A stretch of 63,545 nt of DNA, filler included, from Welwitschia mirabilis (Eukaryota), in NCBI GenBank assembly GCA_051453625.1. It is 7 parts of one record of this genome, joined end to end, with 100 filler letters (N's around TTAATTAATTAA, not from the genome) between each part and the next. Parts side by side here need not be neighbours in the genome. Positions count along the whole stretch, not along the records: positions 41,734 to 54,456 come from JBOZIK010000001.1; positions 54,557 to 59,919 come from JBOZIK010000001.1; positions 60,020 to 62,161 come from JBOZIK010000001.1; positions 62,262 to 63,545 come from JBOZIK010000001.1; 3 more parts are not named here. One strand, written 5' to 3'. Below are positions 51,154-63,545 of the stretch, in pieces (position 1 is the first letter of the stretch; each line of letters opens with the position of its first letter). Under the pieces are notes generated by a model that searched no databases, had not been told where the DNA came from, and saw nothing but the letters and a program-made list of their open reading frames with translations. Position numbers and translations under genes: made by a program.

Positions 51154-54008
51154 GTAAGAGCTTAAATGGCTTTCTCAACACCACTTGTCTATAAAATTGG
51201 ATTTTATTAGCTGGTTTTTACGTAGCTTATTATCTGTATTTCCACTACAATTGAGTTCCGAACGTGAGAGCTTCTTGCGATTTGCATTCCCTTGGTTACA
51301 TTCATTGTGGCAACACCCTGACTTCGCAGACACTTGATGAGCTAAAATGTAAATTTGAGCGATCTCCGTGACTGTCGGAAAATTTGGAACCCCGTTGGAA
51401 GTCTGAAAAATTGTGCTAAAATCATTTATGTATGTAATTAAAACTCGTGACTTACAGCTGAACTCTGGGAATTTCTAACCCTGTTTCCTAAATTTCAAAA
51501 AACGCAAAAAGAGAAATTTTAGAAAAGCAATAAGAAACACATCCCGGTTAGTAATTTTGTTGAAACCCATTTTGTCTAGAACAATTGTAACTCCGTGAGC
51601 ACTCCCGAATTTTTCAAGACATGTAAACAATGGCCACAGTAAAGGTTGGTACTGAAAATTGAAACCGCATCTGAAATGAATATTGCATTCCGTTGCCTCC
51701 ATAAGTTGTATAAGTGACTGACCAACGTAGTGCCATGTAGAACTTGCACGTTCTTTGAGGCCATCTGGAGCATGATTCAAGCTGAGATGCTCTAGAATGC
51801 AGAAGAATTGCAGTCCTGAGGACTTGAATCATGATCTGGAGCGATCCAAAATGATATGCTTTGCATCACGCTTTAGAGTGATCCATGATTTTCTCGGATC
51901 ACCTCTCATACTTCAATTTCTGTTCAATCTAAAATGTGAAATTATTTTGTTATATCATGGATTTCTCATAGTAAGAGTTTATATTTTCTACGGAAATAGG
52001 AAGGGAACATATAAAAAGTGATTGCCTTCAATATTTGATCATTCCAGCTCAAACCTTTGATTTGGTTTCTTATTAGTTTCGAAGTGTTTCAATAGCAAAG
52101 GTTTTCTTCTGAAAACATCAAATTTATAGCAATAGTTTTTCACTGCTCATGTGGTAATGCTTAATAAACCTCTAATGTTTTGAGCAATACAATGCTCTAT
52201 TGCACTTATGCTCTCCTTTTGAATATTGCAAAACATTAGAATTGCATTGTTTCTACAACTCAATTGTCATCAAAGTTACAAGAATGTTAGAAAAAAGAGT
52301 TAAATTTGTTTATTTTTATTTTTTCGAAATTTGTGATCTGGAGCAATCTGTAATCTACTTCAAAGTCATCTGGCCATGTGGAATGTATGAAACAAAGAAA
52401 TGCTTTGTGATCTGGTCTGATCCATACAAGTATGCTTCTTATAATCTAAAGTAATGTCTTTTCCGTAAAAGTGGAGCTTACTGATGACTACAGACTTCGA
52501 GATGTCAGTTGTATGCCCTGCTGATATTGATACTACAACAACATGCACGAAAGGCAGCCAATGTGCCAGTGTCCTTCCATTTTTGCGAACTCATTGCTTG
52601 CTTCCTCTTGTTACTTCTACAAAACAGAGCTTATCAACTAATCTTATTGGGGTCTCCATAGAATTTGAATCTAGAAATCTCTTAATGATGACAAGTATTA
52701 GCTTTGAAGTAGTACAAATTCTAGTTAAAGTACTGGTGCATGCTGATACCTAGAATTTGGCAGAGCTCAACCTAGTTAACTTTTGCAACATGTCTGCTTA
52801 AAAATTACTGGCATTGAAGCATATTTTAATGGGGAATGAAAACTTTACATGATGCTCAGCACTGGAAATCCCAGACTGTTCAGAGAGAGAGAGAGATAGA
52901 GCTATATTATTCTGTTGGACTTATGCTTGTTGGAGACCTGTTTACATTGAGATGTTTTACTTAGCTGACGTCGGTTAGGTGAAACTTATGTTGCAATAAC
53001 ATTTCTAAGATGGCATCTTAGCCTTGCCACGTGAGCTTCTCAAAAGTTTTAAACATTAAGTGTGACTGGTTGATTGTGAAAATCAGAAAAAGATTGGTTA
53101 AATATTATTGCATGTACATTATAGTTCACACAATTGGGCCTCTATTCTCTTGTGGAGAAAAAAGGTCTGATTAGACTTTAAAGTGAGCCATCAGTGCAAG
53201 AACTGCATGAGTAAGTGTCCAATACATAGGAAGCTATTTCTATGGCTATTTTAATTGTTGGCCTCAAATTTCTTATGAGTGTTAACATGTTCTGATAAAT
53301 CAAAGATATGTGAAAGTGCTTGATTGCTTTGTTCTTTTTCTTCTGCTGTGTTGTGTTGCATACGATATCTTGTTTTTTCAAACAATATGCAAAGCTCCCA
53401 TTCATATGTAGGGTCTGATACTACTAACTCATTACTGTAGCCATGAAACCCTTGGAATGTTGACTAGAATCCAGTTACTTTAGTTACTTTAATCGATGTA
53501 TTATGGAAACTGGAGTTTTCTTTAAAATATCAGTGGGGCATTCAATTGTTGGCCACCCACACGAAAATTTGAAAGCTTGATACATAATGAAAATGATGAC
53601 TATGCTTACATAAAAACTGAATGACCTCTACGAGAGTGGAAGCAGCCATCAGTGGGATGGACATAGGATACCAAGCCTCCTTCCATTATTCTCTTCTAGG
53701 GTTGTTCATCTGCCACCATAATGAAAGGTTGATAGATGCAGATCTTGGTAATTCAATATGGTTAGTTTTCATCCAAATTAGATTCAAACATTCGTGATTT
53801 GGTACTAGCTAATATTTGTTCCCTGCCATTACTTCAATAATGCTTGATATTACTTGTTTTTGTCAAAACAATGTTTTCATATGCATGGTGTTTTGCCCAT
53901 ATGCACCACCAAGAACGCAACATGCACCATATTGATTTCTTGAAAAAACCCACCTATTTTTGTTCAATAAATATAGAGTAACAAATGCCTGTAACTAGAA
54001 TGAATCCT

Positions 54009-54597
54009 TGTTAAAAATAGCAGCCAAAAACAATAGAAACAGGAAGCAAAACAACACACATGAAGTTATGTGGAAAACCCTAATGTGAGGAAAAACCACA
54101 GAAGCAATGTGGAACTCTCTTAATATTTCAAAAAGAATAGTTCAAAGACACAAGCCGTCCTCAATAGCCAGAGTGTTCTGGTCTCTTACACCTCCCTCAA
54201 GACCCTTCCCCTTAAATAGGCTCACTTTAGGTTAAAAACCCTCATTGTACATTGACTTTATAAATAGCCCCCTCTACAAACAAAGTGCTAACATAAGGGA
54301 AAAATGGAAGATACAAAAGAGGATTTGACTTCAACTCCAACAATTTTGCCTCTTGAAGACAAATCTAACTAGCCTTTAGGAATCAAAAGAGATGCATTGC
54401 TTCAAAGTGTCCCATTGCTCAAGTTATGGCAATTCCAAGTTTTCCTTTACAGAAGTNNNNNNNNNNNNNNNNNNNNNNNNNNNNNNNNNNNNNNNNNNNN
54501 TTAATTAATTAANNNNNNNNNNNNNNNNNNNNNNNNNNNNNNNNNNNNNNNNNNNNGCTCCTCCCTCCTTCTCCCTCTCAAGGTTCACCTTTTTACA
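54009..54597 (-). mobile_element. Copia-type LTR (solo or fragment) in intron 1, spanning a gap
   Basis: Begins TGTT; contains aacacacatgaagttatgtggaaaaccc...ggaaaaaccac, typical of copia LTR ends in reverse orientation, and a tataaata box. Ends near ttttaca; no clear TSD. Confidence 0.5.
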
Positions 54598-55427
54598 TCA
54601 TTGATTTTTGGAGTTACATCCAAAGAACATACCTAGGATTACAATAAATGACAGCTGTGCATTTTGCAGTGATTCATTCAATGCAGTATATAAGAATAAA
54701 GCCTGTTGCTTTAAGAACGCAGAGATTACCACACACAAATGAAGAAGAAATGGGTACATTTTGTGCCTGCAGAGGTACATTGCAGTTCATGCTCAGACAA
54801 ACTATTTTATTACCCTTTTTCAGCAATGATTTAAGAAGCTAGTCTGTGTCCTCCTCTACGGTGGTCATATTTTGATAGAAACTGAATATTAATTGATTGT
54901 TGAATTTGTAGTCACATAATTTGGTAGGCGGTTTTAATTTTCTTTATCATCAAGCATTTAGTGATTTTTATAATAGCAAGCTCTATGTTGCCAATTACTC
55001 TGGGTTGATTATATGCTGCAGATGTTTATAGCTTTCAACAATGGAGTTAGAGGTTCTCAAACATATTTTGTTCTCAATTTTCTTTAACACCTACACAAGC
55101 TTTTGGATATAGTGAGCTGGATCTTTTATCTTTATCATACATATAATCACGTGAATTGAAGGGCTGGTGAATGCTGACTAAAATTCTAGTTTGTGCACAG
55201 TTGGGTAGATTTATGCTCACTTTTGAAAGGGATCCCAAGCCTTTCTAAAAAGATTCGCATACTGTTGTGTCTTTTTATATTCTATAATATATGTGTTGTT
55301 CTGTTATAATAGCTTTCTAAGCTTTTACATTTTTGAATCATGTGAAAACATTTTGGAAACCACATTTGACAACTTTTTCTCTACTGGAAAAGTCCATGTA
55401 TTCATGTAAATATTGTTTATGTTTCAG

Positions 55428-55824
55428 GAATCATACTGCTGAGCTACTTTATGGATATTCAGAAGCAGAAGCAGTGGGTCAAAATCTAACTGATCTTATC
55501 ATAGACAAGCAACATGCAGACCTGGCATACAGAATACTAAATCAATGTTCCTCAGGGCGATCTTGGAAAGGGAACTTTCCTGTCAAAAATAAATCAGGAG
55601 AGTCTTTTACCATACTTGTGACAAATAATCCATTTTATGATGATGATGGTAGTTTGGTTGGTGTTATATCAGTCTCAACGGATGCACAGGTTTCTCAAGA
55701 ACCTCCTATTACTTCAATTGGCCAAACATGTGAAAAGTTGCAGCGTGGTGCTTCTATAATGAAGGCTAAATTTGATCTCCAAAACCCATTGCAAATTCCC
55801 CTTGCATCTAAGATATCAAGTTTG
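55428..55824 (+). CDS. PAS-domain Raf-like MAPKKK, coding exon 2 (PAS core)
   Basis: Acceptor tttcag|G completes the Trp codon. NHTAELLYGYSEAEAVGQ..SWKGNFPVKNKSGE..NNPFYDDDGSLVGVISVS..PLQIPLASKISSL; donor TTG|gtgaga. Confidence 0.95.
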
Positions 55825-55957
55825 GTGAGATTCAAAGATCAGTTATTTGTTTTCACTGGGGAAATTTAATTAGATGTAAAAGGAACTCTTGACGTGCATT
55901 TTCTAAGAATGCTGCTTGTTTGTCTAAGCATTTTTTGCCTTGAAAACATTCGTGCAG

Positions 55958-56603
55958 GCAAATAAATTATCAACAACAGTGCGCAGCCACATTAGAATCG
56001 CTGACAATTTCCTGGAAAAAGAAGGTGGGAGTGGTGAGAGTCAAGGCTCTGATCTCAGTTATCCTACTTACACTCGATTATCAGATGAAAGGGGGTACTA
56101 TGAGACAACTTCTAGTGGAGCTAGCACACCCAGAGGTCCATCTAACAGTTCACCTCCATTAACACCTATTGAGAGGTCTAAAGCCAAAATTATGAGTGAC
56201 AACTTTAGTGAAAACGATGATAAAGGTAGTATCCAAAAGATCATTGGATCAAAAGCAGAAGCATGGATGTCCAGAAAAGGGGTTACATGGCCTTGGAAAG
56301 GAGGTGAACGTGGTGTAGAATCAAAATCACGTTTTTTATTTCCTTGGATGCAACATGAGCAGGAAGGTCATTCTGCAACTTCAAATAGGCCTTCAGGGAA
56401 CTACTGTGAAACCTCTGGCAATCTCACTAATCATTCAAGTGATGCAGGCATCTCTTGGTCATCAACAAATATCAACAGCACAAGCAGCAATAGTAGCAGT
56501 AGCACAAGCAGCAGTGCGCTGCAAAAGCTTGACATAGATGTCGAAAGTTTAGACTATGAAATACCATGGGAGGACATCACAATTGGAGAACAAATTGGTC
56601 AAG
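55958..56603 (+). CDS. PAS-domain Raf-like MAPKKK, coding exon 3 (linker to kinase subdomain I); gene continues beyond the window
   Basis: Acceptor gtgcag|GCA. SSGASTPRG, SKAEAWMSRKGVTWPWKG, Ser-rich tract, LDYEIPWEDITIGEQIGQG; phase-1 donor G|gtaagt. Confidence 0.95.
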
Positions 56604-58680
56604 GTAAGTAGTTATCATCACCTGCTTTCTTATTGCTATTTATTGTTGCCTTTGGCTCTGCCTTTTACCTTAGGTAGTCAGGTTAGATAGCATAGAAGGC
56701 TTAGAACATGAGTCATTGGATACTATCTGATTATCGTTTTGTACAGGTTTCAAAGTCAAACTGACAAGATGACCATTCAAGTACTATGTTTTTGTCAATA
56801 TTTTGTTCTCAGTTTTGATTTAGTTTTTTTTATTTTCCCGTTTTTTGGTAGTGGGGTGCCTTTCTTGCTAATACTTCTATATTTTTTTTCCTTTGATGCT
56901 TTTGATTGCTTCTAATGGAAATCTATCTTGTGTTGTTGATTGCATGTTTAAATTGGTGATAACTGTTTAAATGCCATTTTTCTTTTGTGTTTACTTTTAT
57001 TTTATTTTCCAAGTTTTTACTGATATGATATCAGTTACTTGTCTGGTAGGGTTGAGGATATTGAAAATGAGCTTTTTTGTACTGGTGATGTTTACCTTAA
57101 GAATTTTTTAGTATGGTCAACAGAAGAGTTAGTAAATTGGCTGATCACTATTTTTTATTGCATAGTTGCACTAACAACATTATGACATTTTCAGATGCAT
57201 CCTATAAATATGATGTTATTTGTTACTGATATCTCAGATTGCAGCCATTTGTTATTGCTTAAGAGCTTGTTTTTTAAAGCTTGAAAATTTGTTACACTTT
57301 AGCTTGCTTTTGTTCCTATAAACATTTGCTTTAGATTTCTGTTACTTCTGCTCAAAACTCAGTTTGGATGCATGTGTTGTCGCATATTTTGTGCTGTTTT
57401 TGACCTTTCAATCTCTCAATATTGTAGCCAGTTGGGTTGACATCTATCTTAAGTTGGACAAAATTGTTTTTCAGCTGAAGATTCCATATTTTTTGGCTTT
57501 TGTTCTCAGGAAAACTAGTATGGAGACAGATTGTAGTCAAATTTTCTCATATCTTTTATGTTTTGAGATAGAATTTTATAGCTTGAAGTCTTTTTGTATT
57601 ATTTTGCTTTTGTTGACAGAATTCTTGTCAGTGCTTAATGTCATAATTGATTATTGTTGTTTGTTCTGTTTCCTCTGTAGTTTCTCACAACAGTTAGCTT
57701 TATTGTGAAATGTAATTATAAAGTTTGCCATATACTCTTGTTGAAATGCATCCCTTGAGTGCACACCAATCATTTACTGTGTGTGCATTGGCAAGGAAAC
57801 GTGGAAGATGTAAAGAGAATGACAGATTTTATGTCACACATGGAATCCTAGATCTCTTTGGTTGAAGACTGTATGCAACGGAAAAGATGGCTTGATGACT
57901 TGAAGACTTGATTGCTAAGGCAAAATATTGAGCCAATGTTGATAGGAGGCTGAATGAGCATAACAAGGAGTATTTATAGTTATTTCTACCTTAAGTTTGT
58001 ATTTGTTGAGTTATCATGCTACTGTTGTTTAAAATGCATTATGATGCTTCATTTGTGTTTATGGGGTTGCAGAACATTGTGTATCACTCTAGGCCTGATC
58101 ATTGGGCATGTCAATGCCTCTCACATGGGCAAGTGAAGACATTTGGGATAGAGCTGAACTGATTTCAAACAGTCTAGAACATGTGTGCTTCCTAATGCAT
58201 TTGGGATGTTTTTGACGAATGTAGATGGCATTTGCATAGAAGAGAAATGCTTAGATTAGTAGGATATAAATGTTAAGAGTCTTTTGGATGGATATAGTGG
58301 GGAAGATGCCTTTATGGGTGAAATGTTTCAACATGTCTTGTTGTATTCTGTGGAGCAACTTCTTTTACCCGTGAATCTTGGCCTACAAAAAAGTGGGGTA
58401 ATATATTTGTGAACCATTAAATTTGGTTATAAATATCAAAATCTAGAGGTTATAATTTTTGCAAATTAATTGAATTCGGGCAAAAGCGTTGATTTGTGGT
58501 GCTAGGATCTCAAGACTTTGAAATATTGCTGGTGTTTTAGCATTGTGAATCGAATTGGGGTTGCTTGGAAATGAAATGTCAACATGCTCCGGTTAAGAGT
58601 TTTGTGATTTTTCCTTGTCTCCTTTAATTCAGAAATCCTTGATCTTGTCTGGAGGATAATTTGAGGTGGTTAGTCCAAAT

Positions 58681-59100
58681 CAGAGTTAGATGAATCAGAG
58701 CAGATCTTGGAGCATTCTTTTGATTTAGAGATTCTAGATTGCTGGATCACTCTGGATCGTTTTATGGATCACCGCAGATCGCAGGGCGATTTTTGCAAAA
58801 TTGCAAGTTGAAACTTGAAGGCTAAATTGAAATGTTTGGTATAGTAAAATCGCAAGTTGAAAAAACCAGTTTCTGTAATTGCACCATTCGTTTTTTAGAT
58901 TGGAAGGTTGTTTTGAGCAAAATCGCAGGTTGATTTGAGTAAAAGCTATGGAGGATTTTGTTTAAAATATGGTTTCTTAAATTGTGCAGTTAGTTTTTTT
59001 TTTCTCGGAGTGCGATCTAGTTATGATATAGAGTGCTTTCTCTTCGAGCATGATCCAGAATCATGTGGATCACGATTCTGATCCGCTCTGTCTAACTATG
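58681..59100. mobile_element. Non-autonomous hAT element (MITE), 420 bp, in intron 3
   Basis: Perfect 8-bp TSD GTCCAAAT (58673-58680 and 59101-59108). Imperfect TIRs CAGAGTTAGA..CAGAGCAGATC versus reverse complement CATAGTTAGACAGAGCGGATC. Subterminal GGATC repeats. Confidence 0.9.
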
Positions 59101-59801
59101 GTCCAAATCCATAAACCTTCCAGTTTGGACTTTTGAAGATGCATTTCAGACTTGTATACTAAGCATTAGAAAGTCATCTTGTAGTCTAACTTAGGTCTGT
59201 GAGTTCTAAGCCTAGAAACTTAGTGAAGCCTTTTGAAGCTAGTATGTGTAATTGAATGCTTGCAAAAACATCTCAAGTCAAGTTTTCACCTTCTAAGTTA
59301 TCTTTGAAATTCAGGTTTTTTTTGGCCTTGCACTAGGAAGGTTGCCCATGATTCTAAAACTCTTGCATTTAGAATTTCAACATTCAGATCAATCAACAAA
59401 TGCAATCAACTTTACAATCAATCTTTCAAAATATTTGTACTTTGCAAAATGGATGATTATGCTTTCATAGGAATGATTATTCTTTCATAGGGTAAAAGTG
59501 TAGTTGCTCAAACAAGAACTAGCATAGGTACATGGATAGACTACGAGCAAGCAGTATCCAAGAATCTCAATTTAAGAGTTAAAGACTATTAGAGAGAAAA
59601 CATGCTAATCATACAAATAATGTAGTAATCCTCAGAAAGCCTAAGTATCATGGAGGCATATGATTATGGATATTCTATATGAGTAAAGTGAGTAGTTATG
59701 GAGATAACCTTGTTTCTAAGTAACACACACACTTTTGAGTGTTGCATCAAATATTTTCAATGATGAAGTTTCTCTGTTAAGAAAACAAGATTTCTCTAGA
59801 T

Positions 59802-59919
59802 TAGGATGTCCACCCTGTCTACTTGGGACGTCTGACCATCTATGCGGTTTTATGTATTGCGACGTCCGTCCTGAGTAATCGGGACGTCCGGTGCTGTACT
59901 CGGTTTTATATATTGGGAC
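59802..59919. mobile_element. Left end of a probable DNA transposon/MITE, cut by a gap
   Basis: Starts taggatgtcc; repeated gggacgtc/gacgtcc subterminal motifs; CpG-rich relative to its flank. Confidence 0.4.
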
Positions 59920-61005
59920 NNNNNNNNNNNNNNNNNNNNNNNNNNNNNNNNNNNNNNNNNNNNTTAATTAATTAANNNNNNNNNNNNNNNNNNNNNNNNN
60001 NNNNNNNNNNNNNNNNNNNAGACCATGCAAAATCTCTTTCTGTAATTCTCCTTTTGTTTGATGTTTTATTCTTCACAAGCATTTAATCACTTTGTATTAC
60101 TTGAATGAAGTTACATTGAGGCTGACCACTTTGTGTTCCTTCAGAAAGGAGAAGAATAAAGGGGTAAATGTGTAATGGTTGAAACAAATTACAGACATTA
60201 ACATGTTTGTCTTATTACTACCCCATGGGGAAGCCTGTACGGCATAAATTAACTAATGATGCTTAAATCTTTAGAAGCATGTGTGTAACAGTGTAAAACA
60301 AGTACCTTTATGAAAAGCTATGTTTTTAAACAAAAGGATGCAACTCTTGAAATTAAGACATAAAAGTAGGTAAGATGAGAAAAGGGGATGCACATCCCAA
60401 GGTCAATCTCATTGTATTCTATTCATTTAGCATGCCCACTTCACGTACATTACAATATAGCCATGAATGTGCCTCTCTCTTTGTGCAATATTCCTATTCC
60501 TAAGAAATGCTAAAGCTCTTGCATGCTCCCAAGGCTCATCAAATCTATGTTCTCTGTAGTGACAGTAGGATATGCAAACTCTGTTACATTGTAGTTTGTA
60601 AGTCTATAGAGAATCTACAACCAAAAAAATCCATTCTTCATCAACAACTACATAAAAAGCTTACATCACAAAAGCATCAAATGTTTTGGGGGCATTCTAC
60701 CTTTCAAACCAAATAACCTTGTAAAGGTATCTTGTAATCACTCCCAAGAGACTAAAATTGCTAGGGAAAAGACTCAACGATCCTTAAGCACTGCCAACAA
60801 CGGGTTGTGCATCATAAGACAAATAATAAAATAAAATAGTGTTTACTTATTTTGATTGAAATAAATTATACCCACCATGATAAGTAACAAAACATGATAA
60901 AAACAGCACAAAAGGATTCTGCTAGTAGAATTGGAGTTGCTTAATATAGATAATGATGTAAGGGTGAAAAATCCAAGACTAAGAAGTAATGCAAAGTAAC
61001 CAATT

Positions 61006-61563
61006 TTGCTACTTAGAATAAATTTTGCAAATGGATGGAGGATCAAGAGCAGTGTGAAAAATAGAATTAGAGCCACGTGGGCAAATTGGAGACAAGCTAG
61101 TTTAGTTCTATGTTATAGGAGAATTCCAATTAGAACAAAGTNNNNNNTCTACAAGAAAATAGTTAAACATGCAATCTCATATAACATATATTACTATGGT
61201 AGCTATGATGATGCTAAGATGAATGATAAGTGCTACTAGACAAGAAAGAATTACTAATTCTCATATTAGAGGGGACCTTGGGGTAGCACCAATAAGTGAT
61301 AAATTAAAGATGAGCGACTCAACATAGTTTAGGTATGTCCTATAGATGACAAAATGCAGCTATCAAAAGAGGTTGTTTGGTTGAAGTCAAAGGGAAGCAA
61401 CAAAGAGGAAGACCAAAAAAGACTTGGGAAGAAGCCGTAAGGACAGATATGCAAGGCCTTTGAAAAAACTACTGATCTTCCTCTTGATAGAGGTAGATGG
61501 CATAAAGACTCATTAAGTCAGACGCATGTACATGGGAAAAGGCTAGGATAATATGATGATAAT
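61006..61563 (+). mobile_element. 5'-truncated RTE-clade LINE remnant in intron 3
   Basis: VKNRIRATWANWRQASLVLCYRRIPIRTK..YKKIVK and RGRPKKTWEEAVRTDM; 3' end tgggaaaaggct followed by a (gat)n-like tail. Confidence 0.85.
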
Positions 61564-62261
61564 GGTCACCCTTTGACTATATTGCTGGATAAAATGATAA
61601 ACTATTTTCAAAGTTTCTATCTCAAGGTGCTCCCCATATGATAGGATCATTTCTCTGTAGGAGATAACCACATTCATTCTTTGTGTTTTCATAACATATC
61701 TTTGTGGGTCATGATCATTTTCATTCTTAGTGTTCAAATGATCATTTCCCCTCGACGCTCATGATCTAGCAAGCATTAATTTTTCATGCATGTTGAAGGA
61801 TCTTTGTAGTACAGTATCCATTTCTTCTCTTTTGAGACATTCTGTCTCTATTTTAGAAACCAGAGATAGCACAACTATCTCGTGCTATATGTTTAACCTT
61901 CTTTATGGCGGTCTTCCAATTTATAAGTGGTTTAACTTCTTATCAATTGTTGATCATGTTAACAATCTCTTAACATACTTTTATATCTCACACTGACATT
62001 TCCTAGCATGAGGCAACCTGTTCATAAGATTGTGAACACATATCAACAAGATAAATTGTTCTTTATCTAAATTTGATAATTCTTTCTTTTTTCTTCTTTG
62101 TTTTTTTCGCTTTCTCCCTTTTTTTTTTTAAGACAGGGGAACTTCACATGGGTAAAATGAANNNNNNNNNNNNNNNNNNNNNNNNNNNNNNNNNNNNNNN
62201 NNNNNTTAATTAATTAANNNNNNNNNNNNNNNNNNNNNNNNNNNNNNNNNNNNNNNNNNNN

Positions 62262-62355
62262 TAAATTGAAATGCATAAAAATGAAATATACTTATGCAAT
62301 ACTAATCTAGGAAAGGAAATAGTAATGAACCTAAACTAACCAAGCACAACCTTAA
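62262..62355. mobile_element. Possible right end of a Tourist/PIF-Harbinger MITE
   Basis: aaccaagcacaacc followed by ttaa resembles a GG(G/T)TGTGTTTGGTT TIR plus TTA/TAA target; the other end would be in the gap. Confidence 0.3.
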
Positions 62356-63545
62356 CAAGAGCTGACCTCATAATCTATATTAAAAAAGAAGCTTTTCATT
62401 AAATCTCAAATAATATAAACTATGAGGGAGAAGATCCTGCATAAATTTAACATAAAAAAATATTTTATTATTGAAAATGCTATTACATATGCATTATAAA
62501 GTAGCCATTTCTCAATAGAGGAAATGCCACCCAACACCAAGGGAATGTCTCTCTGAAATTACAGAATGGTTCTTCGGTCCTTCGATTTTCTGTTATGAGT
62601 ATGTTAGGTACTATCAAAGATGATTAGGAATCGAGGGAAAGACCTTTATTTATAGACATAAAAAGAAAGAAAACTAATATAAAGGTATAAAAAAACCCTA
62701 GCTAACATGCAAAGAAAAGTCGCAATAAAGTAATGACAACTTCAGTGAACATTTAGTGAAAGTGTGAAAAAATAGTATCATTCTTATGGTCATCCAAATG
62801 ATATAGGANNNNNNNNNNNNNNNNNNNNNNNNNNNNNNNTAATCTTAGTTTAACTACATGTCTAACTGTTATTAACTAGTTGGAGATGTCGTCCGCATTG
62901 ACATCTGGATAGTGATGTGGATGATGGTCTTTTGTCAATATTCAGTCAGTCCAATTACTTGTTGTTTACAGGAATTATCATCCAAAATATCATTTATCCA
63001 TATCTACACAAAATGCTTATAATTTATCTGGAAAATACATGTTTTCATTCTTGTTATCCTGGTTCTTCATTATCATGAGAACTAAGCATTTATCTGGTAA
63101 TTTACCTACAAAACAACTCAAAATACCCTATTAAATACATGTAAGTTGGTAATGTAACATAGTCCCCTACTTAGCCTTGTCAGTCCCTAATAAAATCAGG
63201 TAGTAGACCACATTTGCAAGCCAATTTTTAGATAATAAAAACAACCAGGATATCTGAAGAAATTATCTGAAAAAGATTTACAACATATTTTGAAGATAGA
63301 CTGAATTTCTAAAAAATTTAAAATACTGAATAGAAATACCTGTGAAGCATCAAAAATCAGTTTTCTGATTTGGTTGTTTGGATGAGGATGGGGACGATAA
63401 GCTTTTTTAAAGGTTTTTTAAAACTGGAATTTGTGATAGAAATCAATCTTTTTGTTAACTAAGTAATCATGATAAATAATCAAATATAAAAATCAAATAG
63501 AATTAGTATATCATGCTGAAACAAAATGTAAAATCACTTCCCTTG

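Noticed and set aside
56737..58136. Candidate exon 4 of the kinase after acceptors at about 56746 and 58071
   Set aside because: Translations (GFKVKLTR*; NIVYHSRPDH...) lack the expected GSCGTVY..W.GS motif.
22245..62217. Recurrent palindrome TTAATTAATTAA (six copies) as a repeat array or recombination site
   Set aside because: Always centred in a 100-nt N block, so it is an artificial six-frame-stop scaffold spacer.

Overview
AT-rich, gapped plant genomic scaffold. Positions 1 to about 49 kb are mostly old, heavily C-to-T/G-to-A eroded retroelements. These include a minus-strand Athila-type Ty3/gypsy end (1-5496) and a structurally complete but dead Athila-type element (6642-25670, GCTAA target-site duplication). 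That element carries a nested 4.56-kb solo LTR and a nested Sirevirus-like copia. A second Sirevirus-like copy lies at 31985-35796, and there are copia RT/RNase H remnants, a pair of SINE-like repeats and a LINE whose motifs look like the RTEX clade rather than the usual plant L1/RTE. Among the elements is a frameshifted, internally deleted copy of an RLP51/SNC2-type LRR receptor-like gene (about 30446-31329), preceded by a young 63-64-bp tandem array. From about 49.1 kb a CpG-rich promoter/leader precedes the first three coding exons of a PAS-domain (B2-group) Raf-like MAPKKK; its kinase exons are not in the window. Its introns hold an LTR fragment, a hAT MITE with an 8-bp TSD and an RTE LINE fragment. 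The repeated TTAATTAATTAA inside 100-bp N blocks is an assembly spacer. I found no convincing new biological system; the best leads are the RLP51-like remnant and the RTEX-like LINE. All identities were judged by eye and family assignments rest on recalled motifs.
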